DNA from: a virus
Lineage: Duplodnaviria > Caudoviricetes
Length of the DNA stretch: 25,334 nt
Strand: one strand, 5' to 3'
Virus record (IMG/VR): IMGVR_UViG_3300047561_001345
Span: 1-25,334 of that record
The notes under the pieces are model-generated. The model made no database searches and had not been told where the DNA came from. It saw only the letters and a program-made list of their open reading frames with translations. The translations under genes were made by a program, and so were the position numbers. Positions 16,301 to 25,334 of this stretch are shown here, piece after piece (position 1 is the first letter of the stretch; each line of letters opens with the position of its first letter).

Positions 16301-19300
16301 ACTCACACCACCATAGCTATTTCCTGAACCAGCAATAGTTGATCCGACCTGAGTCCACGTTGTAGGTTCAGAAGCCTGATCCGGTGCCCAATAAAATTTT
16401 GCATTGCAGCCCGTGGCAAGGTCTATAGTGTCAACCGCAACCCTGACCCAACATGGCTTACCCAAAGTTATCCCAACTGCCTGATATGAGGTGTCACTAG
16501 TAAAAGTAGAAACTAGTGATCCATCAGAAAATCTAAAGTAAGGTAACCCAGCGCTAATAGCAAACTGATATCCGCCCATAACAGAATTTCCAGACCCTTT
16601 GCTTACGAATGCTTGAGAGGCACTGAAAGTATTAAACTGTACTCGTGCACAAATATCAATATTTCTTTCTCTTTCAATACGGCAACCAGAACCTACTAAA
16701 CTAACAGTCATCGCATTACTAGAGGACTCTATAAAAGAATTAGAAAACTGTATCAGCCTAGTAAAATCCGCATCTAAAACTTTTGTTCCACCAATACCAT
16801 TTCTAACTATAGCCCTACAGTATCTTCCACCCATTGGACTATACAAAGAAGGTGCGCCATTTGTCCCGATACCAATACCAAAAGGTTGCACAGATGTACT
16901 TAACACGCCGGAATAAGAAACGTTTGTTGTAGTGCCAATAGTTATCCATTGGGCGGCAGTTGGCTCAGATTCTTGATCTGCGCAATAATAGAATATAACT
17001 TCACCAGTAGTACTGTTTCTGGTAACTTTCAACCACATTGGCGTTCCGCCAATAGTTGGCCTTCCTGTAGACCATGTAACAGTTGGAAAGACAGTTGTTC
17101 CACCTATAGTTATACCAATTGCTATCACAGTAGATGTAATATACCAATAGTATTGCTGACCATATCCCTTGCCCATAAGAATAGATGCTGAAGTAGGGGT
17201 CCATATCTTTGGTGCAACTTTGCATACGAGTTCTAAATCTCCAGTAATATTTAAGGCTGCATTATCTGGTAATGTAGCATAATTATCATATCTGAAAGTG
17301 ACAGTTGTAGCAGACATCGCAGCCAACGTTGCATTATTAAGTGTAACAGTGTTGCCAGACAAGTTGGTTATGAATGTATTTTCGGCAATAAAACTAGTCG
17401 ACATAACTCTTTGCCCAATGAAAAGGTTTGAACTACTAGCTACTACAATTGTAAAAGAACCAATTGTAGCTTGAGTTGCAGTAGTAGTTATTGTAGTAGC
17501 ATCCTGGTACATGCAGGTTGTTCCATCAACAATTCTTGCAGCGGAGCCGGTAACTGAAACTACCTTACCAGTAGATTCGGTAAAAGATGTTGTTCCAATT
17601 GATACCGAACCAAAATTAGCATTGAAGACAGATGTTCCAGCTATTCCATTTTTGACAATAACATTATAGAATTTTCCCGCTGTCATTTGAGTAGTTCCAT
17701 TAACTCCACTACCAATAAAAAGATCAGCGATAGTAGGATCTATGGACGTAGCAGTGCTGGATGGGCTTGTGTTAATTAATGTCCATTGAGCTAATGTCGG
17801 TTCTGAAGTTTGAGTTGAATAGTAGAAGGATGCTTGACTAGTTGCCGCTGAAAAAGCGCATCTTAACCATCCTGCCTGACCATTTGTAAATGGAGGTGCA
17901 CCTGTAGCTGTTATTGCCGTTGGTGTACCAGAAGTCCACCATACGAACTCAGGGAATCCGCTTCCTCCAAGAGCAATACGAAAAGAGTAAGACGCAGTAG
18001 CTCCACTTCTTTTTGCTACAAGCCCCTGATAATCTGTAGATAATTTCCAATTGTCAAGAGCTACTCTCACTATAATATCAATATCGCCAGTAATATCTAG
18101 TACTGAAACATCAGGAGTGGACGCATAGTTCCCAAAAATACCTGGTAAGCTTAAAAATTTTGTACCCTCAACACCCAAAACATCTAACTCGCTATGAGTT
18201 CCAATGCCTTCATTTCGAAAATACATAGTTGAACCAGTAAAAGCTGCAATAGTTGGATTGCTAAGAGTTATAGTTGTCCCAACAATATTTGTAACAAAAG
18301 TATTTTCTGGAATTGACCCACTCAAAATGGCACGATACCCAACAGATACACCACTAGCGCTACCAACAACAACAGTATAGGATCCGATAGTAGCTTGAGT
18401 TCCCGTAGTCTGGACCATGCCAATTGCCGGATCAGTCACATATGCGTAGCTGACCGGAGAAGTTAAACCTGACCCAAATAGATATGTTGATCCGTCAACT
18501 ATTTGAGCAGAAGGCGAACTAAGAAAAACAGAATGTCCAGTAGAGCTAACAAAAGATCTTGCACCTATGCTTGCCTTAGTGAAGTCCACATCTAAAACCG
18601 TGGTACCATCAATACCATTTTTTAGAATACCACGGTATATTCTACCAGCTATTCTTTCCCCACCCACATAAGATCCAGATTGGACGCCAGCACCAAAACC
18701 AACATTATAAGCAGAAACCGTTGCACTACCAGCATATCCAACAGTAGATCCAATTAAAGTCCAACTAGAGGGGTAAGATGAACTGTCTGGGGCATAATAG
18801 AAATTCACTATACCCGTACTAGACTCTCGTGTTGCCCTTAACCATACAGCTTGACCATCTTTGGGTCTACCAGCAGCCGTAGTCCAAGTTACGGCCACTG
18901 ACCTTAATGTGCCTCCTGTCGCAAAATAAAAACCAACATTAGTTGAAGATGCTGATAACCAAAATTCTCCAGCATACCCTTTGCTCATTATGATTTGATT
19001 TGCAGGAAGAGAATTCCAGTTATCCAATGCCACCCGACAGATCACATCAATATTATCCACTATCCTTAATGATGGAGCGTCTGCAACATACGCATACGAA
19101 AACCCTGGACCTCTTGCCACAGAAAGAAAATGTTCACTTTCTACACCTAAAATATTTAAATCATCACTAAATGGTACAGTTACATAGTTTCCAGAAACTC
19201 CTGGAGAATAAAAATAGTTTTCACCAGAATGACTTAACATGGTAGGAGAACCAGCATACGTTGCATTTAAAGCAGAACCGCCCCAACCATAATTCTTCAT

Positions 19301-19660
19301 AACAGTATCACTAGTGGTAGATTTATCTACATCAAGCCAATAGACTGCATCTTTGAATACTGAAAGATCAGAATCCATATACATACTAACATCACTAATA
19401 TCATAAGTTAAGCCATCATTCAGTAATGTAGTCGTTGTTATATCATCAACGTCACCAATAAAAAGTTTGACATCTTCAAGAATAGAAGTATCTACAGAAT
19501 CAAGTTGATTTTCAATTCTAGTCAAATCTAACTTTAAGAAATTTGTTTCAGCGTTCTCTAACTCACTATTCCTTGGACCACGATACTTCATTCTATTTAC
19601 TTGGAAAAGTGGCTCTTTAACTCTTTCCACTTTATCTTGATTTGTAAATGTTTTTGACAT
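13397..19660 (-). CDS. large tail fibre / receptor-binding protein with eight LamG/concanavalin-A-like domains
   Basis: Six repeats ending NGI.G[TS]...[DN]F and two ending F...[AL]I[FW]R[KR]AL[ST]..E; Ser/Thr/Gly-rich; coiled-coil termini; SD GAGG. Confidence 0.85.
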   Translation of the reverse strand: MSKTFTNQDKVERVKEPLFQVNRMKYRGPRNSELENAETNFLKLDLTRIENQLDSVDTSILEDVKLFIGDVDDITTTTLLNDGLTYDISDVSMYMDSDLSVFKDAVYWLDVDKSTTSDTVMKNYGWGGSALNATYAGSPTMLSHSGENYFYSPGVSGNYVTVPFSDDLNILGVESEHFLSVARGPGFSYAYVADAPSLRIVDNIDVICRVALDNWNSLPANQIIMSKGYAGEFWLSASSTNVGFYFATGGTLRSVAVTWTTAAGRPKDGQAVWLRATRESSTGIVNFYYAPDSSSYPSSWTLIGSTVGYAGSATVSAYNVGFGAGVQSGSYVGGERIAGRIYRGILKNGIDGTTVLDVDFTKASIGARSFVSSTGHSVFLSSPSAQIVDGSTYLFGSGLTSPVSYAYVTDPAIGMVQTTGTQATIGSYTVVVGSASGVSVGYRAILSGSIPENTFVTNIVGTTITLSNPTIAAFTGSTMYFRNEGIGTHSELDVLGVEGTKFLSLPGIFGNYASTPDVSVLDITGDIDIIVRVALDNWKLSTDYQGLVAKRSGATASYSFRIALGGSGFPEFVWWTSGTPTAITATGAPPFTNGQAGWLRCAFSAATSQASFYYSTQTSEPTLAQWTLINTSPSSTATSIDPTIADLFIGSGVNGTTQMTAGKFYNVIVKNGIAGTSVFNANFGSVSIGTTSFTESTGKVVSVTGSAARIVDGTTCMYQDATTITTTATQATIGSFTIVVASSSNLFIGQRVMSTSFIAENTFITNLSGNTVTLNNATLAAMSATTVTFRYDNYATLPDNAALNITGDLELVCKVAPKIWTPTSASILMGKGYGQQYYWYITSTVIAIGITIGGTTVFPTVTWSTGRPTIGGTPMWLKVTRNSTTGEVIFYYCADQESEPTAAQWITIGTTTNVSYSGVLSTSVQPFGIGIGTNGAPSLYSPMGGRYCRAIVRNGIGGTKVLDADFTRLIQFSNSFIESSSNAMTVSLVGSGCRIERERNIDICARVQFNTFSASQAFVSKGSGNSVMGGYQFAISAGLPYFRFSDGSLVSTFTSDTSYQAVGITLGKPCWVRVAVDTIDLATGCNAKFYWAPDQASEPTTWTQVGSTIAGSGNSYGGVSLGPNAEQLAIGSYVSGSFDAFNGKIFHVIVKNGISGSEIVNVNFTRQIQFCSSFMESSFNAYSVGLLNNGRVERNRDIELVCRVAADDWTPTAEGYIMGKYNTHATGPYQNQRSFALSVLTSGRLNIRISPDGASSTPLSVSSPIIAPFTDKTTYWIKVTVDVDNGAGGNNISFYYTNDQVDEPTSWIQMGGPVTTANITSIFPNTSFLEIGGIYGVGNQNSTTGPFAGKVFRTIVRNGINGSKVSDIDFTKAITSGSQSTIALPDITKYSVDKPLYLQNLGSAGEALNPRPGLTFGPDNTANITANSTLTSDPKWLAHTGENYLYLPGAASNRADIAFNSAFNVTGDMELVCRVAIDDWVSGLPQTLVERESTDPNRGFTFYLTGAGKLLFKWLPTGSSSTLMARESTVPVNFVDGKTYWVKVTVDVDNGLGGYDIKFYYADDQTTEPTSWNQLGATVTHPGVIAFPVLASSPAMNIGGNANTTAAGKFYRVIWRNGIGGTKIIDVNFSTSLSSTVQSTFNESANNIAVTITRATSGKKAVAVYRSCWLFGSNSFMEIANNGHIDFTNTESLSVVAVVRQWGTATSYGRYICKGGGGPAKGWSFSNDTTSISPGFFIGDGTNQASQTGPVVTAGTFNVFGGILDRSNNTIKTFSNNSFSTTSSTTSIGSLSNSNTVRIGANGGTISSYQDFEFYAGLIFRKALSTAEVALINAHYSGSITAASTALLKQAVFYIDAANPTQTGAIVRSNTNKRSVAVTRPTMLMGGGTTWLETPDSSLLEFGPKDNYTIFVSARIWNTISGYSRLLSKGDNQTSPGYEIMSNASDNSFMLNVKGDGSAVVSGITTTPSKTFIGEVCNFIFVHDVSTDSFSAYINGVFDSKITDASVGNIVNTLPLRIGSRADTTAGSDFEFFSAAIWRRALTQDELQQIANYYQLSGTIVKVDTMNKMSGQLARILKTVQRLESGL
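17290..18420 (-). repeat. two copies (about 18220-18420 and 17290-17500) of a ~65-aa beta-rich tail-fibre insert
   Basis: TQATIGSYTVVVGSASGVSVGYR...IPENTFVTNIVGTTITLSNPT versus TQATIGSFTIVVASSSNLFIGQR...IAENTFITNLSGNTVTLNNAT. Confidence 0.85.
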
Positions 19661-19669
19661 TCTACCTCT

Positions 19670-21811
19670 TTACGATACATCGTTATGTTTAAATTTAATT
19701 CTTATTGCGTCCAAGATAGGAGTTTGAAGCGGATTAGCATATCTATTAAAATCTACACGATACCTAACAGCATTAACTTCCTGAGACTTATCTGAATAGT
19801 ACTTCAAAATACTTCTTTTAGAAATTTCTTTTGAGGCCAAAAGATACTTTGAACCATAAAATGAATCTATGGTAAAAACACTTAAAGTTGAATCAACTTT
19901 ATTTCTAAATTCAATTGGATCTAAATATGAAAAATAATCCATAAACACTGTACCATAATCGAACAAGTTAGCTCCAACCATTAAATCAAAACTTACACGT
20001 TCAGTAGAACTATTATCATACGCAAAAGTTATAGTATTAATTCCTTTAATGAAGTTCCATTCTAATTTAGAAATAGATTGACCAGCTGGAAGCTCACCGA
20101 TAACTGAACCATTAAGATACACAGTAAGATTGAAACTTCCAGACTTTGTTATTGTATGAGATACAGTTCTCTCTTCAACTGATAAGAGCTTAGTTTCAAT
20201 AAGCTCAGAACAAGGACCAGAAAAAGCAGAAGTGAATGATGATGAATAATTCGTAAAAATATTTTTTCTTAGATCTAAATATGTTGAATCATTAATAATC
20301 TCAGCCCAACTTTGCAAAGAATTAGATAAACTAGTATCAACTTTATTGATAGAAGGAATCCAATAAGATCTAAAATTATCTAAACTAGAAAGAAGATAAG
20401 GTTGCAAATACTTAGTTGCATCATTCAAAGATGCCACCCTATAAGCAATCTTATCAGAAAAAGGAAGTTGAACGGGATTTAATTCATTAGCATTAGGTGA
20501 AATAGAATTTAATGGAATTAAACCATAATCCACATCAACTGTATCATCTTCAACATCAATATATTCAGCAACATTGCTAGAACCAACAAGGGAAACAGTA
20601 TTGGGTATTGCGCCAGACTCAGAGCTGCTAGGCTCAATTGGTATCCAATTAAAATCATATAAACTTACAGCTGAATCAGAATCAACCGCAACATAGTACG
20701 ATAAATTCGTACCTGGAACAGTTTGCTGCTTTACATCAATCGCAACTGAACTTATAGATAGCAAATTATTATCAGAAATAGGAATAGATATCGGCGCAGA
20801 CACCAAAGTAGCTCTTTCATCATAATAGTCTGCTCCAATAGAAAGTTCCCTTAATCCAAAAGTATAAAGATACGGTGCCGTAACACTTTGTACCACTTTA
20901 TCTGGTTCATCTTTATACAAAGTTAAATATATAACACTATAAGAGTCATTCGGCAATAAGAAAGAAAATCTATTATAATCTTCTTTAGAAGTTTTACTAA
21001 GTATCACTTCTGGTTTTTCTGAAGAAATAGGAACTGCCTTCAAAAATATAGAACAAGGCGATTCACTTAAAATAGAACCCTGCACTTTTGATATACTAAA
21101 CCCAATATTAACTGGAATGTCAAAAGTAATAGAAGCTATACCAGGTGCATCAGAAGCGTGAACATGTGACCAATAGGTATCGTTTAATCCGTCAAAAACG
21201 GCATCAAAATTAGATATCACGGTTGGACCAGATACAATAGAACCATTAAAAGTTAAAGTCGTTTTTACATTAGACATAACCATTGATTTTGTAGTTATCT
21301 GGTTGGATGTTTCAGAGGTAACCTTAGGAATTGTCACATGATTATTAACAATATCAACAAACGCTGAAGTTTTTTCAAGATCGATAAAAGTTGTATTAGC
21401 AAAATTTTCTAAATATGAGTAGAAAAATCCATCAGAGTTTGCATTTGCAAAAAGAAGTTGATCTATTTTAGATTCAATCTCTTTCCTCTTAGCTCTTAAG
21501 TTATCAAGTTTCATATTCAAAGCGTTAACTACAGAAAAAATATGTTCGTTATTTTCCATAACACAATCATATAATACTTCTAAGTTAAGTAAAGTATTTA
21601 TCATAACCTCATTGAGAGCATGATGGCCTACTACATTGGTGGATTGTATCCTATCAAAATCTATAATAACTGGCTCACCAAGTGTATTATATGAAAAATA
21701 CTGATTATACAACCTTTTTATTTCATGATCAGATGGTTTATTACCTGTAGAATAAAACAATTTATAAATATTATAAAGGAATTTCTTCTTTTGAACTGTT
21801 GCAATATTCAT
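19670..21811 (-). CDS. virion structural protein (tail/baseplate-like)
   Basis: Coiled coil (LNMKLDNLRAKRKEIESKIDQL), discoidin-like AVFDGLNDTYW, YTFGLRELSI, C-terminal TPIL. Confidence 0.65.
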   Translation of the reverse strand: MNIATVQKKKFLYNIYKLFYSTGNKPSDHEIKRLYNQYFSYNTLGEPVIIDFDRIQSTNVVGHHALNEVMINTLLNLEVLYDCVMENNEHIFSVVNALNMKLDNLRAKRKEIESKIDQLLFANANSDGFFYSYLENFANTTFIDLEKTSAFVDIVNNHVTIPKVTSETSNQITTKSMVMSNVKTTLTFNGSIVSGPTVISNFDAVFDGLNDTYWSHVHASDAPGIASITFDIPVNIGFSISKVQGSILSESPCSIFLKAVPISSEKPEVILSKTSKEDYNRFSFLLPNDSYSVIYLTLYKDEPDKVVQSVTAPYLYTFGLRELSIGADYYDERATLVSAPISIPISDNNLLSISSVAIDVKQQTVPGTNLSYYVAVDSDSAVSLYDFNWIPIEPSSSESGAIPNTVSLVGSSNVAEYIDVEDDTVDVDYGLIPLNSISPNANELNPVQLPFSDKIAYRVASLNDATKYLQPYLLSSLDNFRSYWIPSINKVDTSLSNSLQSWAEIINDSTYLDLRKNIFTNYSSSFTSAFSGPCSELIETKLLSVEERTVSHTITKSGSFNLTVYLNGSVIGELPAGQSISKLEWNFIKGINTITFAYDNSSTERVSFDLMVGANLFDYGTVFMDYFSYLDPIEFRNKVDSTLSVFTIDSFYGSKYLLASKEISKRSILKYYSDKSQEVNAVRYRVDFNRYANPLQTPILDAIRIKFKHNDVS

Positions 21812-24009
21812 CTCTTTCTCACCTTTGCGATCACCTTATAAGAATAAACTACAGGAGTAATATTATAATTTCTATCTTTAAACATCTGTATTTTAACTTT
21901 AACTGAATTTATCTCAGTCGGAACTTCTGGATAATTAATATACGCAACACCAGGTATTTGATAGTTAGTAGGAATATTTTTATTAAAGACCAAAACCTCA
22001 GCTATACCATTCGCAGACAACTGAATAGGCGAAATCTGAATCCAACTTGAATCATTAACAGATATATAATAATTCAATAACATTTTATCATTATATGAAT
22101 TATCTATATTTGTTTCAGAAGAAATCATCAAAGACTCAACAGGAGTATCAAAACTATATGAAGTAGAAACCACCTCTGCAGCATCGGCATATGTTTCATG
22201 AGAAAAAGATATATCTCTGATGCCAATAGATTTTCTCTTAGCTTTATAAAGCTCTTTCTGCAAAGTAATAGGAACAGAATAATTAACTGCTTGAGTAACA
22301 GCCGCATAAGTAACTGCTTCAACTGCAACAGTATCAAACCTATATGTATTAAAACCTACAGTTGTTAATGTTCCATTGGGAAGTGATGCAAGATAAGTAT
22401 TAACACTAGCTAAATCATTAGCAAGATCAGCTGCAGTAACCGCATACTTTGGAGAGCCAGCAATCTGCACATTGTCTGACGAAGGCTCGAAAAGAGATGC
22501 AGTATCAGCCACCCATGCAAAAGAGTTACTGCCAGTAACGAAATTGTAAAAATAGACTTTTGTTGGAATAGTTGAACCATTTACATAAGAATTTAAAGTA
22601 ATCGCATACGCATCATACCTAACTGGTTTTCTTTTAAGTTTCACTCTAACAACTTTTGAAATTCTATCTCTATCCTTAAACTCATTAGGACTAGTTATTT
22701 GGGGAACTAAAGAATATTTATCATACTCAATTAACTCATACACATCTTTACTAAAAGAACTTGGATTAAATCTAGATAATCCATAAAAAGGTGAATCGAC
22801 ACTTTGATCAGTTTGATAATTAGGTTTCCAATAAGCGTGCAATATATCAATATCTTGATAGGTATCCTGTTCAATTGTCACTTCAAACCTTAAAACCCTT
22901 ACCTCAGAAAATCTAATTGTAGCCTTATTGTAAAAGTAGTTATTAGCTATCTGTAAATTAAGCGGAGAAAAAGAAGAGCCAATATATACTGGACTACTTA
23001 ACACTTCAGTAATATCACCATTTTGAAGAGTTGCCTTAACTGAAGTAACCTTTAATAATCCAGAAGAACCGAAATAAGGTAAGATTGTAAATGTGTTAGC
23101 CAAAGTTGGAGATCCGCATTCAAATATTAAACTAACCTTTAATGGAGAAGACATATCAAAAGAAGACCAATCAATAAGTTCTCCTTCTGTTTTTCCAGAT
23201 GTAACTTTTCTATTTGAAAGATAACTAAATTCATCATTAGAAATGATTGAACTATCTACAACACTATTACTGGACCTATCTACATTAATAGCATCATACT
23301 CAAAATACGTTAAAGGATTATCATCACCTATGCCAGAAAGTGAAGCAATGGTTCTGTTGGACTTGTAAACATATTCATACACTTCTGTTTCATCTGAATT
23401 CACAGACTTCACTACTTGATGATTATTTCCCAAAAATCCATTAGATACTAACTGATTAATCTTAATTGTTCTAGATGGCCAAGGTTTTATCCTCGAAATC
23501 GGCAGCGTGAAAGATCCATTTTCTATATTTGGATTCATTCCAACTGGAATTAAGCTAACATTAACCTGATCCTGATTATCAAAAGAATCTCCCAAATAAA
23601 CAAGATCATCAACTGGTGCTTGAGAATACATCTGTAAAATTTTAGCTTTTGAAGAAATCCTCTCCAAATAATTTTTCTCAGTTTCAATCTCTTGAGCAAA
23701 AAGATTATAAGCATTAACTGTTTTTGCATTTAAGTAGTCCAACTGTTTAGATACAAGTGCAAAATCGCTACCAACAGATCTAGAGAAAGTATTATATTTA
23801 CTAGAGATAGGTGGCTCACCTTTAATGTAAGGAACGAACTGAGTAACAGGCCCTCCTACAGTTTCATATATGTCAGAAACAAGTTTCTTATATTCTTCAA
23901 TCCTTTGTTGATTAGAGGCAAATTGGTTTCTGATTTCTTTTGAAAAATACTCTCTTACCTTTAAGTAAATTTGATCATAGGTTAAAGTATTAGAAGATAT
24001 TTGAGTCAT
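21808..24009 (-). CDS. virion structural protein (tail/baseplate-like)
   Basis: GEPPISSKYN-x8-DF, DDNPLTYF, SIGIRDISF, C-terminal TPVV; SD AGGA; ATGA overlap with the next gene. Confidence 0.65.
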   Translation of the reverse strand: MTQISSNTLTYDQIYLKVREYFSKEIRNQFASNQQRIEEYKKLVSDIYETVGGPVTQFVPYIKGEPPISSKYNTFSRSVGSDFALVSKQLDYLNAKTVNAYNLFAQEIETEKNYLERISSKAKILQMYSQAPVDDLVYLGDSFDNQDQVNVSLIPVGMNPNIENGSFTLPISRIKPWPSRTIKINQLVSNGFLGNNHQVVKSVNSDETEVYEYVYKSNRTIASLSGIGDDNPLTYFEYDAINVDRSSNSVVDSSIISNDEFSYLSNRKVTSGKTEGELIDWSSFDMSSPLKVSLIFECGSPTLANTFTILPYFGSSGLLKVTSVKATLQNGDITEVLSSPVYIGSSFSPLNLQIANNYFYNKATIRFSEVRVLRFEVTIEQDTYQDIDILHAYWKPNYQTDQSVDSPFYGLSRFNPSSFSKDVYELIEYDKYSLVPQITSPNEFKDRDRISKVVRVKLKRKPVRYDAYAITLNSYVNGSTIPTKVYFYNFVTGSNSFAWVADTASLFEPSSDNVQIAGSPKYAVTAADLANDLASVNTYLASLPNGTLTTVGFNTYRFDTVAVEAVTYAAVTQAVNYSVPITLQKELYKAKRKSIGIRDISFSHETYADAAEVVSTSYSFDTPVESLMISSETNIDNSYNDKMLLNYYISVNDSSWIQISPIQLSANGIAEVLVFNKNIPTNYQIPGVAYINYPEVPTEINSVKVKIQMFKDRNYNITPVVYSYKVIAKVRKR

Positions 24010-24025
24010 TGAATTCCTATCCTAA

Positions 24026-25334
24026 TCAAATTTTTGAAACGTAATTAAGTTTATCATAATATGGATCAAAGTAAGTTGTTTTCATTTTTAACAAAACTGA
24101 ATCAGCTTTACCAGGAATGTCTAAATTGAATATATTTTTTCTCATAATAAATCTAAATCTTAAATTATAAGGAACATACTCGTACAGCACTGTAAATGAT
24201 GAGTTTATAGCTTTATTGAAGGTTATATTTTTTCCATTTTGAAAAAACTGGACTGAAGTAGATGATGTGCTGAACTCTGTGTCTTGTGCAGAATTTGTAT
24301 AATTTGTTAGATTAGTAGCAAATGTTCCATCAGCAAGCTTTATTTTAATTGGACTATATCCTGTTGCACTATTAGATTGAAATATTGTGCCAAAATATTT
24401 ATCATATCTAGAATTACTTGCAAATGTTTTATTAACATAAGGCATATGGTCTAAAACTATAGTTCCATCTGAATTAGTTTTATTAAAAATCTGACCTAAT
24501 CCATAGTTATTTCTATATTGTTTAATTGATTCATTATACAAATTTCTTTTAACAAAATCTAATTCATAAGGATTATACACAGATGAATCAATTTGATAAT
24601 AGACGCAAAATATACTATTTCCAGAATAAAGAGACTGCTCAGTCAGGCATAGTTTATTGCTTGAGGTATTATAAGAATAATTTAATGGATTAACGATCAT
24701 CCCATCTTTATATAATAGAATGGAATCAGGCCTAGGTGGAAATCTTAATGTTGAAGTAAAATCTGTTATATCAAAGAAAACAACTTCTGAATCTATTATG
24801 GTTTGATTATTAAAAGCTAATGGAATCCAATCTGATTCCAAACTTGGAAAATCACTATTGGAAACAGATAATTCATATGATGTTAAATTACTTAAATCAT
24901 ATTTTGTATTAGAAGATATATTAGAATTTATTAATTCAACTTTTGCTTTGACACCTAAAATCTGTCCATCTGTAGGGATTTTTTTACTTATAAAACAAGC
25001 TTTAAAAGTATTTGACGAATCCGTATTTGTAAAATCAATAGATTTCAAAGAGAAAGAATACTCATAAGAATCACTTGGCTCATTAACCAGCAAGTTTTTA
25101 ATAGCTTTAGTTACTGTACCGTTTCCATTATTATCATTATAGAACTGATGTCTAGGATCATTAATCGAACTTGTCTCTTTATTAGCTAAGTATCCTGGAT
25201 AATCCATAAATACTGAACGCTTACTAGATGTATTGGAATCAATAAAGAAGTTAGAATCAAAAATTTTAGTATCTGCACCAACGGCTGACATCATATTTTT
25301 AATTAAATCTACAAAAATAGGAGAATTAATAAAC
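24026..25334 (-). CDS. virion structural protein, 5'-truncated by the window edge
   Basis: The frame stays open from 25294 to the window end (FINSPIFVDLIKN-MMSAV...), so the listed ATG is probably internal. YEYSFSLKSIDF resembles the YT[FY]GL..L.I motif of its neighbours. Confidence 0.65.
   Translation of the reverse strand, partial: FINSPIFVDLIKNMMSAVGADTKIFDSNFFIDSNTSSKRSVFMDYPGYLANKETSSINDPRHQFYNDNNGNGTVTKAIKNLLVNEPSDSYEYSFSLKSIDFTNTDSSNTFKACFISKKIPTDGQILGVKAKVELINSNISSNTKYDLSNLTSYELSVSNSDFPSLESDWIPLAFNNQTIIDSEVVFFDITDFTSTLRFPPRPDSILLYKDGMIVNPLNYSYNTSSNKLCLTEQSLYSGNSIFCVYYQIDSSVYNPYELDFVKRNLYNESIKQYRNNYGLGQIFNKTNSDGTIVLDHMPYVNKTFASNSRYDKYFGTIFQSNSATGYSPIKIKLADGTFATNLTNYTNSAQDTEFSTSSTSVQFFQNGKNITFNKAINSSFTVLYEYVPYNLRFRFIMRKNIFNLDIPGKADSVLLKMKTTYFDPYYDKLNYVSKI

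Noticed and set aside
13397-19660. Diversity-generating retroelement target or CRISPR-like array in the repeats
   Set aside because: Repeats are diverged at the protein level, with no near-identical adenine-variable DNA pair, no reverse transcriptase in the window, and no regularly spaced direct repeats.
6500-22337. Short alternate-frame minus ORFs (6500, 9228, 11730, 13612, 17001, 22128)
   Set aside because: Fully nested in larger genes, with compositions typical of shifted frames.
12809-25067. Plus-strand ORFs at 12809, 14420, 16949 and 24858
   Set aside because: Antisense shadows of the structural genes.
1-25334. Stop-codon reassignment, as seen in some large phages
   Set aside because: Genes tile densely in the standard code, and TAA, TGA and one TAG (6167) all act as stops at gene junctions.
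1-25334. tRNA or rRNA genes
   Set aside because: The few intergenic gaps are short and show no cloverleaf or T-loop motif.

Overview
A 25.3 kb AT-rich segment of a large dsDNA tailed-phage genome, read in the standard genetic code. All credible genes are on the minus strand and tightly packed, many with overlapping stop/start codons. In transcription order (right to left): (i) a virion module (25334-12143) of large, mutually paralogous tail/baseplate-like proteins, including a 2087-aa LamG/ConA-like receptor-binding protein; (ii) a Gly/aromatic repeat protein, a membrane protein and an r1t-type holin; (iii) a sigma70-like promoter followed about 20 nt later by a terminator hairpin; (iv) a nucleotide-metabolism/replication block: class II RNR (NrdJ), ThyX, dCMP deaminase, two GT2 glycosyltransferases, SNase nuclease, an NDT/DNPH1-like N-glycosidase, a GT-D-like protein, an HTH-endonuclease, DnaB helicase and a truncated PD-(D/E)XK protein. 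The most striking observations are the recursive 'Russian-doll' nesting of lectin domains in the 2087-aa protein, a candidate DNA (or virion) glycosylation module inside the replication block, and a possible attenuator/small RNA at the head of that block. All family assignments come from motif recognition by eye; no searches were run.
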